A DNA stretch of 62,179 nt, the filler included, from Kipferlia bialata (lineage: Eukaryota), in the NCBI GenBank assembly GCA_003568945.1. It is 4 parts of 4 records of this genome, joined end to end, with 100 filler letters (N's around TTAATTAATTAA, not from the genome) between each part and the next. Parts side by side here need not be neighbours in the genome. Positions count along the whole stretch, not along the records: positions 1 to 18,974 come from BDIP01000448.1; positions 19,075 to 31,868 come from BDIP01000450.1; 2 more parts are not named here. The stretch is one strand, 5' to 3'. Within the stretch, counting starts at the first letter, position 1; each line of letters begins with the position of its first letter. The translations under genes were made by a program, and so were the position numbers. Positions 13,501 through 25,200 of this stretch are shown in pieces. The notes beneath the pieces were generated by a model that worked only from the letters and a program-made list of their open reading frames with translations, was not told the origin of the DNA and did no database searches.

Positions 13501-14912
13501 ACGAAGAGTCCCCACCTCTCTGCATACCCCAGGGCCAAGAGATCGGCACTGGTGGCAGCAATCGCTCAGCTGGAGGTAATAATGATACATATGCTCTTCC
13601 GCTGAACCCTTTATTCTCTCCTCCCTACACCCTTTAACTGTCAGAAGTGGGCCATGGAGGCTTTCGAGGATAAGGAGCTCAGACGGACCATCGGAGTGAG
13701 GTATATATATATGTAAAAATAGCATCACTACTCCCTCTCAAGACTACCTATAGTGGGAAGACTCTCTCCCTTTTTAGAAGTTACATTTTGTATATACATG
13801 TGTACTGATGTCTCAGGAAGAGAGAGTTCATTGCCGAGTGGTTCTGTGACCCTGTGTCCTGTGACATGCTGATACCATTGGATGATGTACAGGCTCTGAT
13901 GCACTGCAGTAAGACAGGTATGCTTAAAGTTTACACATGCATATGTATGTGTATTCATATATGGACCAATATATGTATGATACCATTGGATGATGTGCAG
14001 GCACTGATGCACTGCAGTAAGACAGGTATGTATATAATAATATAAAATCTAATAGGTATATATATATATATATTTGAGGATAACAGAGTCATATAGGGAC
14101 TAACCCCAGACTCAAGTGGTGCTGTTGAGATTGTGAGATCTATTGGATATATAACTAATATAGTCTACATATTTGTGCCTAATCTGTATCTAACCCCAGT
14201 CTGCAGTGACGCCGTTGAGATTGTGAGAATACTGATAAAGCAGAGAGGGAGAAGAGATACATAGAGCATAGTGTGTGTATATATGAGGCCTAACCCCAGT
14301 CTGCAGTGATGCCGTTGAGATTGTGCGGTCCAAGGCCAAGGCTAGCAGATCATCATCATCATCATCCTCCGCTAGGGTGAAGACGAAGGAGGAGAGAGAG
14401 AGAGGGTCCGGCACCAAGAGGGAGAGAGAGAGTGCGGACAGGCAGGCACAGCTCGAGGCATTCATGGAGAAGAAGAGAGAGGTATGTATCTTTATATCCA
14501 CTATGTGATTATTGTCGTCTTGACAACTTTGATTTCTACTTATTTCTGTCTCATATGATGTTCATTATGTATCCCTCACCCCAGAAGAAGGAGAGGGAGA
14601 GGCGGGGCAAGGACTACAAGAAGGACCCCAGGTTAGTGAGCTATCATGAGTATCCGTGTGACTGTGTCGTCGTTTCTCTCTCTCTCTCTCTCTCTCTCTC
14701 AATATATATATATATGAATATATATATCTCTATGTGCAAATCTATCCCCCTAGATACAAGGCCCTGTCTGCCATGGCCTATCCCAGACACAAGTTATCTC
14801 TCTCTCTCTCTCTCTGTCTCCTATATATACGTGTATATGTATCTAACCTAGGTACAAGGCCCTCTCTGCCATGGCCTATCCCAGGCACAAGAGAGCTCTA
14901 TCTCTCTCTCTC

Positions 14913-14943
<31 letters not shown>

Positions 14944-15409
14944 GTCTATAGATATATATATATACCTAACCCTAGGTACAAGGCCCTGTCTGCCATGGCC
15001 TATCCCAGACACAAGAGAGCNNNACCCTAGGTACAAGGCCCTGTCTGCCATGGCCTATCCCAGACACAAGAGAGCTCTGTTCATGGCTGCTCACGACAAG
15101 CTGCTGGTTAGTTGGAAATATACATAGGACATACTATATATATATATAATTATATATACATTAATATATATATATATCTATATTGTGCTTCTGTTCATGG
15201 CTGCACATGACTGATTATATATAGTGGTACATATGTATCGTATGCGTGTCGGTATCTATATTTTAAATTGATTATATACACTTACCCCCAGGCTGATCTG
15301 GAGACCATGCCCACATACTGTCAGCCTGGCCAGCCACACCCAAGGTATGTGTATGTATATATATATATATATATTCGTATATGTATTAGTATGTTTATAG
15401 CGTTAAGAC

Positions 15410-15457
<48 letters not shown>

Positions 15458-15946
15458 CAATATGCTCTACTGTCACTATGTTCTCATCGTCCTTCTCTCT
15501 CTCTCTGATACCCTTTCAGTGATATGTTATTTGTCTACGGTACTTACCATAAAGGTTAGGCCCATCTCCCCTCATCACTGTCATTACATAGACATTGTTT
15601 CTTTCATATAAGTATAAGTGGGTATGTGTTCTCTCATGCGACTCCTATTCACCTGTAGGGGTGAGGCCAAGCGCCACTTCATCACGGAGTGGTTCCATGA
15701 CAAAACTACAGGAGAGAGGGTGACCAACAACAAGACGGGCATCATCCACTTCATGCACACGAGGTGAGATATTGTAGTGGTTGTTGTATACTCTATATGT
15801 TCTGTATGCGTTTACTCACCCCCAGTGTTGTCATTGTGGATGATTCTGCACAGGCAGCGACAGAGGCTGCTGAGAGGAGGGCCCGTAAGAGGGCTGGGCA
15901 CTCTAGCAGTCGGAGTCACGGCAAGGGAGCATCCCGCAGAGACTAG
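169..15946 (+). CDS. Gene A: giant multi-exon (~30 exons) protein, 5'-truncated. Contains MORN repeats, ERERE/low-complexity linkers and ~6 copies of an unnamed module
   Basis: GT-AG exons join in one continuous frame. Examples: 169-258, 838-914, 1326-1361, 1671-2408, 2515-2598, 2735-2802, 3647-3905, 5794-5899, 6347-6740, 6814-6919, 6980-7953, 8333-9447, 9550-9625, 10077-10122, 10242-10335, 10658-10740, 11154-11296, 13237-13575, 13817-13917, 14300-14481, 15031-15106, 15659-15763, 15826-15946 (…GASRRD*). The gene spans an N gap at 4772-5754, so continuity there is inferred. Confidence 0.8.
1661..1670 (+). promoter_or_regulatory. Representative branch point fused to the 3' splice site (CTAACCCCAG); motif recurs at nearly all introns in the window
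   Basis: ctcaccccag (1316), ctaaccccag (1661, 33951), ctgaccccag (8323, 10067), and the reverse complement ctggggtgag in minus-strand genes. There is no polypyrimidine tract between branch point and AG. Confidence 0.85.
4141..4670 (+). repeat. ~110-120 bp tandem array: 5 copies of an exon 3' end plus GT donor plus AT-rich spacer
   Basis: The unit atccagcagcaccagctacaggtggccag.gagtgcaaggggtc.acaag.g.ggt occurs at ~4143, 4250, 4372, 4492 and 4610. Only the first copy is part of an exon. Confidence 0.92.
4772..5754. other. Assembly gap (N run) inside an intron of gene A
   Basis: Continuous run of N. Confidence 0.99.
7520..8440 (+). other. MORN repeat array (~7-8 repeats) within gene A
   Basis: Repeated Y-x-G-x-W/F-x3-4-G-x-G units: YTGGWMDCLPNGQG, YEGAFVAGSMDGYG, YEGEWRNSLPNGEG, YTGGWKDGLKHGVG, IEGEWKADKLHGHA, YVGQMEEGKYSGFG, and after the intron YEGEWREDIRHGKG. 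Confidence 0.93.
12887..12926. repeat. Self-complementary (TGTACA)n microsatellite
   Basis: Six or more perfect palindromic hexamers just upstream of an acceptor. Confidence 0.9.
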
Positions 15947-16442
15947 AGGTACTTGGGGTACTTGGGGTTCTTCAAGATCTGAGGGTTACTGATTGTTCCA
16001 TGATAGTTTCGGCGATAGTGTGGTACTGTCGTCAGAATCCGTTCCCCCTCGATATGAGTCTGCGCCATTAGGAGTGTCCATACATAACCACCACGAGGAC
16101 ATATCTCTATCGTATGTCCGGTAGTTTGGATACTGGCTTCGAGGGTCAAGGTGTCCGTTTGGAGGGATTCCGCTCCACCTCTGTTTCTGTAATCTGTTTC
16201 GACAGCATCATGTGGTATGGTTGTTTTCACTGGCGTCATTACATTACTCAGGCATTTTTGTTATCTATTTACGAGTGGACAATAGACTTGTGCCTGTTTC
16301 ACAGCTATTCTTGTAATGTCGAATTCAATACCGGCTATAATCGAGGCACTCTATTCTATAGCGTCCTGCACACTGTCAACAGGATATATGGATACTCTAG
16401 AGAGTAGAGTCACTCTAATCTATTCCAATTCTCATATAGATT

Positions 16443-18798
16443 CTATATGGTCCTGGACACTGTCAACAGGATACTTGGAACTACCGTGAGCTGGACTACC
16501 AACCCAACTATAAGAGCCCACTCCCACACTGGGATGAGAGTCTCATTAGAAAACTGTGAGTATAAATATAGAACCAAATCTTCCAAGGAAGATGCTAGGG
16601 AATGCAAAATATACACAAATTAGAATAGGTACCTGGGAGGCTAAGAATGGGACATGGGTCGCAGAAGACCTCCATAAGAGGGTATCTGGGGTTGGATATA
16701 TAATATACTACCGTAAATGATGACACAGCGGCTGATAACATACATTGACAGATGTAGTATAGAATCCAATTAATGATTGAAACCTACCTGCATTCTTGGC
16801 CTGGGGCATTGACCACCCACAGAGTGGTATACCCCACAAACAGGAGTGGCATGATGTTTTGAAGCACCAGGCAGAGGACAAAGCCAATGTTCACAGACGC
16901 CTTAGACTCAATGTGTTGGACAACAACAGTACCACTGTCATATAGTTCTACATTGGGGATCTCTTCCACATTCGTGTCCTCCTTTCCTCTTGTGAGGGGT
17001 GTGGTATCGATAAGAGTGTCTAGAAGTACACCTCTCTGTCTGACATCTGGTGCAGTGCTATCGCTATCCTTCCTTTCCTCACTCTTACTCTCGTCTCTTG
17101 TGGATACATACGACTGTTCAGTCGTGTCTGATACCGCATCCAACTCGACAGAGAGTGGCAGTGGTTCCTCTGTACAGAGAGCCCCACTGGTTCCTTCCTC
17201 ATCTCTACCTTCACTCTCCACGGCAATACTGATAGTCTCACACCCAGCCTCAATGACTGTGGTTATGACATCTCCCCTGGTTTCCTTACCTCTCTGTCTG
17301 AGTCTGAACATAGCAAGGGTCAGCCAGTGGAAGGGTAAGAGCAGACCATAGGAGAAGGTGAAGACCCAGAGACCGGACAGGTGGACATCCTACACCATCA
17401 GGTAGGATGTGGGCGGAGAAGACATATATGCACTATGTGTTGTTTAGATACCTTCCTACCTCATGCAAGACTGTGGCTCCGAACAGAGTGAACAATAGGT
17501 CCTTGCCATCATTGATGAGACCGACAAGCATGACACCAACGGCAGCGGCCTGGGACATCAGATGGGATCATAGTAGTGACTGCATTATGGGTTGCACAAC
17601 CAGTGCGAACATACTAACTGCACCTCATAGTGCGATAGAATATTCACTAGATACATACCGACAGCTCTACTGCCTCTGCACTCAATAGAGCCAGGTGCAC
17701 ACGAGTGGATAATGGAAGCTGCTTTGAAACGGGCCGGTTGGTTTCTAGTCCCTTTACTGCAGGCAGAGCATCTAGATGGTCAAACTGACCCCCTCTCCCT
17801 GCCCCAATGGCAAGTGTCTGCATGGAAGGCAGTAAGCACCAAGGATATAGAGCAAGAAAGGCTCCACCCACTGTTGTTAGTCTCTGATACAACGTACACC
17901 ACTATCCAAAACAACAGAACAGAGACAAAGAGAGGCGACAAAGGTGTGACACCACATAACAGTATGACTTTATACTATGTCGGCCCCGTGTACTGTGCAT
18001 ATCTAGAGATAGGCAATGCACACTGCAGTGGGTCCCTGACAAATTATATACGGTAACATACATAGTGTCAATATATTCTAGGGTTAAAAGACTCTTTTGA
18101 AAAGAGTGCACCTGACATTGTGATTGAGAATATCCACCAGTGTTCCGTATTGTCTGGGTTGCCAAGAGCACTGGGTGAGGGAGTATTTGTAAGGGAATGG
18201 TACAATACGCCGATATTTACCACACTGCATCATTCCTAATCACCAGCGGCGAGGAGGAGCAATTAGATGGGAGGAGGGGGGGGACTTGTAGTGCAGATAT
18301 TGTGCATACTCAGAGCATATATGTCATCTATGCACATGTCATCGATGGTGCCAATGCCAATTGGACTATAAGGAGCAGTGAAAGGCTTAACACCAAAGAC
18401 ATAGGAGAGAACACCAGGATACCTGATGAATCCATTGGTTACAGTGTATCGTTCAGGAGCATTCTGGTGATAAGTATCCTACGAAAGGGGTGAGGGGGAA
18501 GCAGCACAGGCACCAATTAAGGAGTGCCGATATAGTAGTATTGGTTATTCTCTAGCATGAGAATAGGGCACCACTGGGTAGAATTCTCTTGGTATAACAA
18601 TACACCACATACCTCTATGTTGTAGAAGTGGATACAGGTTGAGATGCCCAGTATCATGCCTGGAGTAAAGAGTGTATATCTGTATGAGGTCCAATATATA
18701 CACATACTATACGCATTTCGAATGTATTCATTTGACTATATACATACACAGAATAGGGTGGAAGAGCTGAAGTGACGCACCTCAGCACTTCCATATGC
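16443..18798 (-). CDS. Gene B: multi-exon, multi-pass membrane hypothetical protein (5' end missing at the contig join)
   Basis: Minus-strand exons encode hydrophobic segments: MILGISTCIHFYNIE, EHWWIFSITMS, VGGAFLALYPWCLLP, AAAVGVMLVGLINDGKDLLFTLFGATVLHE, GLWVFTFSYGLLLPFHWLTLAMF, IGFVLCLVLQNIMPLLFVGYTTLWVV, IPVWEWALIVGLVVQLTVVPSILLTVSRTI*. No family recognised. Confidence 0.65.
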
Positions 18799-18914
18799 CT
18801 GACTCATATGTAGAAAGGAATCATATATAATTATATAACAACGTAGTCCGAGTGTATAAGCTGTGCACTACATTATACTCCTCTACGTACACACTGTATA
18901 CGAAGTTTGAATAA

Positions 18915-18947
<33 letters not shown>

Positions 18948-18974
18948 AAAAATTTTAACAAAATTTTTAAAAAA

Positions 18975-19074
18975 NNNNNNNNNNNNNNNNNNNNNNNNNN
19001 NNNNNNNNNNNNNNNNNNTTAATTAATTAANNNNNNNNNNNNNNNNNNNNNNNNNNNNNNNNNNNNNNNNNNNN
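18975..19074. other. Artificial contig-joining spacer (N44-TTAATTAATTAA-N44)
   Basis: Exactly 100 nt, with stop codons in all six frames. Identical to the spacers at 31869 and 43155. Confidence 0.97.
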
Positions 19075-19222
19075 GAGGCATTGAGTGGCGCAAAATGGGA
19101 AATGGGGGGGGGGGGGAGTGAATAGAGAGTAAGAGTAAATCAACACCCACCAGCTATACCGTATCGTATTACAAGAAAATGTCTCTCCCAAAAACGACAT
19201 ACATACATACATACATATATAC

Positions 19223-22200
19223 CTGTCCTCTGTGAATGTGCATCTGGGACAGGAAGGAGTCTCTGAGGGTTAGAACACATCGGCCTGGTGTATTCACAAA
19301 CTAGTGTTACAATGAGCGCTCAAGTAGCCCAAAGATAGTCACTATGAGTACATTACCTCTCTTCGGGGGTTACGGTGTCTCTGAGCATCTGCTTCTCGAA
19401 GATAGCCAGAAGTGCTTCATCGGCCTTGCACTCCGCCACCACCCGATCATGCTCCTGCTGTGACTCAAGCATTGACTTGAAGGCATTGGCCTTTCTGTCG
19501 GTGAGAGCACCACGCAGGTTGTGACATAGGGCCACGTGCTCTTGACTGAGCTGCACGTCCTCGGCAAAGGTCCTTCTCTGATATAAGATATATGATATAT
19601 GATAGGTAGTCTGGGACATAATAATGTGTAAACATATCACCTGCATAAAAATGACTATACTGCCAGATATATATACCTGCATCGTCTGGGATGTAGTACT
19701 GACAGAGACAGTGCTTCTAGGGTTGACTGCACTGGCAGGTGCCGCAGTGGGCAGAGGGAGGGGTGACTGGGGTAAGAGGCTCGTGGAAACAGACATTTGT
19801 GGGAAGGTCACCCAACAATGGTGGTGTGTCACTGACCTGGGTGCTGGCAGGTGCTATGGGACCCTGGCCACTGACTGTATGGGCCCCGTCAGACACGTCT
19901 CCCCCTGGAGTGACAGCTGAAACAGAGGCAGAAGTAGCTGAGGGTGCAGAGGCACAAGCAGCTGTGGGTGCAGAGGCACAAGCAGCAGTGGGTGCAGAGG
20001 GACGTGCAGCTGTGGGTGCAGAGGCACAAGCAGCAGTGGGTGCAGAGGGACGTGCAGCAGTGGGTGCAGAGGGGGGTACGACATCAGCCGAGGCAGGGTG
20101 AGATTCCTGTGTATCGCCAGAGTGACTGTCTATACTGGAGACAAGCGTCACAGGTGCAACCTGATCCTGACATCAGACTCTCTTTCATATACACATTAGT
20201 AGTAGTACTAACGAACTATACTAAGTAGACCACGGGTCATGGGCCAAAAGACAGTGACACAGCAATACATATTTACATATATGTACCTTCGGTGCGGGAG
20301 CCGGGGCCCCGATGGACACGAAGAGCCCGTCACTGGACACTGGCATAAGAGTATACGCATTAGTGACATAATACTATTGATAATCCACACCTGATGACTT
20401 CAAGTTCTGTGCCATCCTCTCCTTGGCTGTCTTCACTGGTATCTGCAGTGGCAGACGCTTAGGGGGACCTTGGGTCACAGGTCCCTGAGGTGAGCGATCG
20501 GAAAGGACATCAGACAGTAAGAGAGGAATGAATGCTACTCACCAAGTGTCATACCCGGCGTATGAGACACACCACTGCATATTCACAAAGGAACCCCTCC
20601 AAACAAGTGTGCAAACACAAAACAAATGCTACTTTCACAAACAGCCCAATATATACTCATTATAGTACCTTGTCAGTGTTGCATGGTGCCCTTGGGCGCT
20701 TGGTGGGTCTCTGTGAGGGTGGGTCAGGCACTGACCGTGAGAACATGATATATATGTACACGGAGAGTGAACAACTACCATGAACAACAACCATGAATAG
20801 AGTGACATACCTGGGGTGGAGAGGGGGTCCCGGGCGCCAACAGTCGGGTCTCCCGTCAGTGACATCACAGCCCCATCATGGAAGCCGACTGGTGTGAGTG
20901 GGTATTGCGTACCTGGGCAAGGATACAGTATCACATATACAACACCAGTCTCCACTCACTCTGCGACTGTGTGTTCCGGGCCATATTGCGGACTGAAGCA
21001 GGAGGACGGACTTGATGTGAGAAATGTTGGCAACGTTATATAGAGTATCCGTGTACACGATGTAAAATCATTGATATGACACTAATGGCCAGAGTAGCAG
21101 GGTTGCTATACCTATTTCTCGTCGTGGCACGGTTGTGCGCTGCGGAAGGGAACCGGGGCACATGACCTGTGAGTAGCTCGAAAAGAGAACAATATCACAG
21201 GAATAATATGTATATGTGTACTATATAATTAACCCGTATTCAATGTTCCTATTATGATAAATAGAAGAAGTGAGCGATCAGACGAGCCAAAGTTATCTTG
21301 AACTACAATATAAAACGTACCCTCACAGTCTCCTTGCCGGAGTCGATACCAGACAGAGGGACAGTAGGTGGGGGCTGAGATCAGGGACTAGAAGAGATGA
21401 CAACAGGTCTGATTGAAATACAAGGCCTAGCAGTATAATGCAGAATGTGTACCACTGACCTTAACCTGGGTCCCACCGTCACTCTCCCCAAGTGCGTTAG
21501 AGACGGCCACGGAGCCTGGATAAGAGACACAAGTATTGAATCAATACTATTGATAGATATATATATATATGAGGGACCTTCTGAACAGGCAAGTATATAT
21601 AGGTAGCATATATATTTCTGAATCTCTGTGTGAGTATCTGTAGTAACGTTGAAGACTGACATACAGTAAAGTACCTGTGGACCCAGAGGGCACACCAGAG
21701 GGCAGAGATGCCGGTTGAGCCTGACGTCAGAAACTATAGAATGGCATGAGTGGGTATACTAGCACACATATGACGTTGCACAAGCCAAAATGTAACGGAA
21801 TACTAGCACTGACAGACACTGGCACACACACACACATATATATATATAAATATGTATGTATATACCTCCTGTGTCTCCTTGGGGACTATGTCTGTGGGGA
21901 CCGAAGCCCTCTCGGCAGATGGCACAGCGGATGGCACAGGGGATGGTGCAGAGGTCATGGTCACCAGGGGAGCTGTCTGGGCTGCCAGACCTAGGGTAAG
22001 GCGGGCAGCAGCAACACAGACAATACTACTGATACTGTGTTGTCGAGTCCAGAAGATTACACAAATAGTTGTGACTGACGTGGTTGTGTACCTTGGGACA
22101 TGACGTGTGTCGGTAAGAAGCCACCTGGATCAGTGAGTTGCGACACAGTGAGAGGGGTGAGGATCACATGGTGTTGTGGGATATGACACAAAGTAATATA

Positions 22201-25200
22201 TAGACACTAGTCAATACTCAATTCCCACAGCGCTTCTCTGCAATCACGTCATTCTCGTTTAATGAATTGACAGAGACAATGTAAGTATCACAGTTCATAT
22301 ACAACATACCTTCTGCACCTGGCTGACGCTGCCTGGGGAAGTACTCAGTGAGTTGCGCCTGCTATTGTGAGACACACCTATTCAATATATATTACAATCA
22401 TTGAATATGACAGAGCCAAGTAGAGTGGCAGGGGAGACGGTATAGAGTCAGCATGAGTCCCGGCATAGTATCATACGGTGGAACATATCATATGGACATA
22501 TTGTGCTGGGACTGACTCTACCTTCGTGTCCCTTGTCAGCAGGGTCTCGGCAATGGGGCCGAGGACAGAGACGACTGGGTGATCCTGGAGTCAGCCACCA
22601 AAGACTCAAGAGAGGGACGATAATAGGGTAGAACTGCAATATATAATACTACAGCGAGTAGGAAGAGAAGAACCCTCACCTTAAGGTCACTAGCGTCAGA
22701 AACGCCCTGGAGTGATACGAAGACCTGTTGGAGCACTGTAAGGGTCGACCCCTCTGTCCTGCTGTTAGAGATATGAGAAATCAGCCAAGAGAAGGAATAT
22801 ATACTTGAAGATTGGCAGTGTATTACACCAACGATATTTATCAAGTCGAGTGCCTCGAACAGACACAACTTGTAAACCCCTGATGCAATACATACATGCA
22901 ATACTACACTAAGTGCCATATCTCTATACATCTACCAGCCCCTACTCATGCACATGTGGTACCTCTCAGCCTCGGCCCAGGACAGGACCAGGCCGGGATC
23001 GAGGCTGGCACGGCTGTCCAGGTGGGTCTTGACCTAGAATGAATGGAAGAGACTGATGCCATAACACCTTAATACCAGACGGCAATGCAAGCCTGCTTTG
23101 TCAAATCCTATCATCAATACCTTGTCAAAATAGCACACAACCAGGCACACAAGGAACCGGCGCCGGAATCCTGTCATAAAGCCCTCAATTCTACTGGTGT
23201 GAGGAGCTGCATACAGTGTGGGTGGTATGTTCGTCTAAAAGTGTGTGTGTGTGATAGGAGTCAGCATCTGGTACCTCATGTGTAGCTGTGTGTTCTGGCT
23301 CGCCTCAGCTGCTAGGGCTGCATCATTGTGCTCATCGATACATGCTGTGTCAGATGAAATAGGGTCATACAAAAGACAGATGGCGGAACATAGAAATATA
23401 CGGGGTATCTGAAGTTCAACAAACAGTGTAACGGGCTATGATACACCTTTGATGTCGAGACTACTGTGCGCCAAGAACTTGGTCCTCTCAGACCCGTCTA
23501 GCAGGAGACTCTCCAAATACTGGCTTGTCAAATGGGGTTCTATGGAGGGTATAGAACACATAGTAATTACAAGATGTGTAAAGCCGAAGACAACAGGATC
23601 AGTACCTCGCAAGAAGCGCACTTTGTGAGGGAGAAGGTCACTGTCCCCTCCAGTCTCTTCACCTGTCGATGAGAGTATGTCATATATACATAGGATAGAT
23701 ATATAGAGGTGAGGAGTCATGCCTCAACGGCAACATATATGGATGTACCTTCTCAATGAGAGACTTCTCGGCGTCTCTTGCCTTAATCAAAGGCCTGGAA
23801 CACGCCTCAGCCTCTTGTAGCTGCTCCTTCAGCCACGGCTAGCGTTAGGGTTGCATATATATATATATATATACACTTAGGCTCATTCCAACTCTGGGGT
23901 GTGAGGTTACAAAATGAGTACAGATACTATCACTGACAACAATATAGAGAACAGTTACTATATTTCATAACTAAAACAGTCAGTGATACATCTTACCTCC
24001 AGGGTACAGTGCTGCCCTGGCCTGTCTCCACACATGGGGCAGGCATGCTTGGCTCTGCCTACCAAAAACCTCAGGATGTCAACGGCCTGGGTCATGAGAA
24101 GAGTGGCAGTTATGGCGGGGTCATTAGTGGAAGTGGACTTCATCTCATACATAGAACATGTATATACAAAGCAACCCATAGGCACATAGCTTACCTCTGC
24201 CATCTCAGAGACCAGGCTGTCCACCTCTTCCTCCCCGACAGAGGCATGAGAATCAGTCTCAACGCCACCCCCTTGGATGAGGGGCCTCACCTCCTGGGCA
24301 AGGTGGAGCACATGGTGATGCTGCTCAGTGATGGATCTGACGCAGTCACATACACCGGACACCCATTTACTCCTACTCGTTAGTAGACATGGGCTCAAAG
24401 ATGACTATAATATTAAATATGCCTAAGGGTTAGGAACCACAAGTAAAGTGTGACACTACTCAATGCATTACTGGCCATATATCATGGCTGCCTATATAGT
24501 ATATAGTATATAGTGTTGATGACATGTCAAGTGGGTACCTATCCTTGGCTGCATCGACACCCATTCTAAGCCTCTTGATACGCTCAGTGTAGCCTGATAT
24601 GTCGTCGTCTGGCCGGTGTCGCCCTAGAGTGAGAGACACCTCGGTTACGTAAGGTATATTGAGTATAAGGAGACACAACATTCACATACCGTGCCATAAG
24701 GACAGTGTGTCTAACACAGACAAGTACTGGCCGGCCTGGTTGAGCTCCAGCTGAGTGAGAAGGTACGTCAACGATACACTGTTACAAACACAGACGGGAC
24801 AGTACTGCTACAGAACAATACATCCCAAGGCCAAAATTATGAAGAGACGCTACCCGTACCTTCTTCGTTTCACTCTGGTGCTCAAGGAAGTCGCCTGGCT
24901 TGACGTCGTCCTCATACAGGGCAGCCACTGAGACCTATCATGAGAACAGGAAAATCACAAGAGTCAACACCTATCAAAGACACACGCCAACAACTGGATA
25001 GTCTGGATACCTTGTCGAACCGGAACTTGGTGTCAATATCAGTTAGTGCTACATCGAGAAAGGGGAGCACACGAACAAGGAAGGAGTCTAGTGCTGTCTG
25101 CATGTTAAAAATGTGGAAACAGGATACACACACATACACATACGTTCTAATATATAGTAACGCCGGGTCATATAGAGTATACCACAATATGTGAATACGT

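Noticed and set aside
17459..17880. Heliorhodopsin/rhodopsin identity for membrane gene B
   Set aside because: Only a vague hydrophobic resemblance. No RWxEY-like motif or retinal-binding Lys motif was seen.
19019..19030. TTAATTAATTAA as a biological motif (e.g. a piggyBac TTAA site)
   Set aside because: It is centred in identical 100-nt N spacers three times, so it is an artificial six-frame stop linker.
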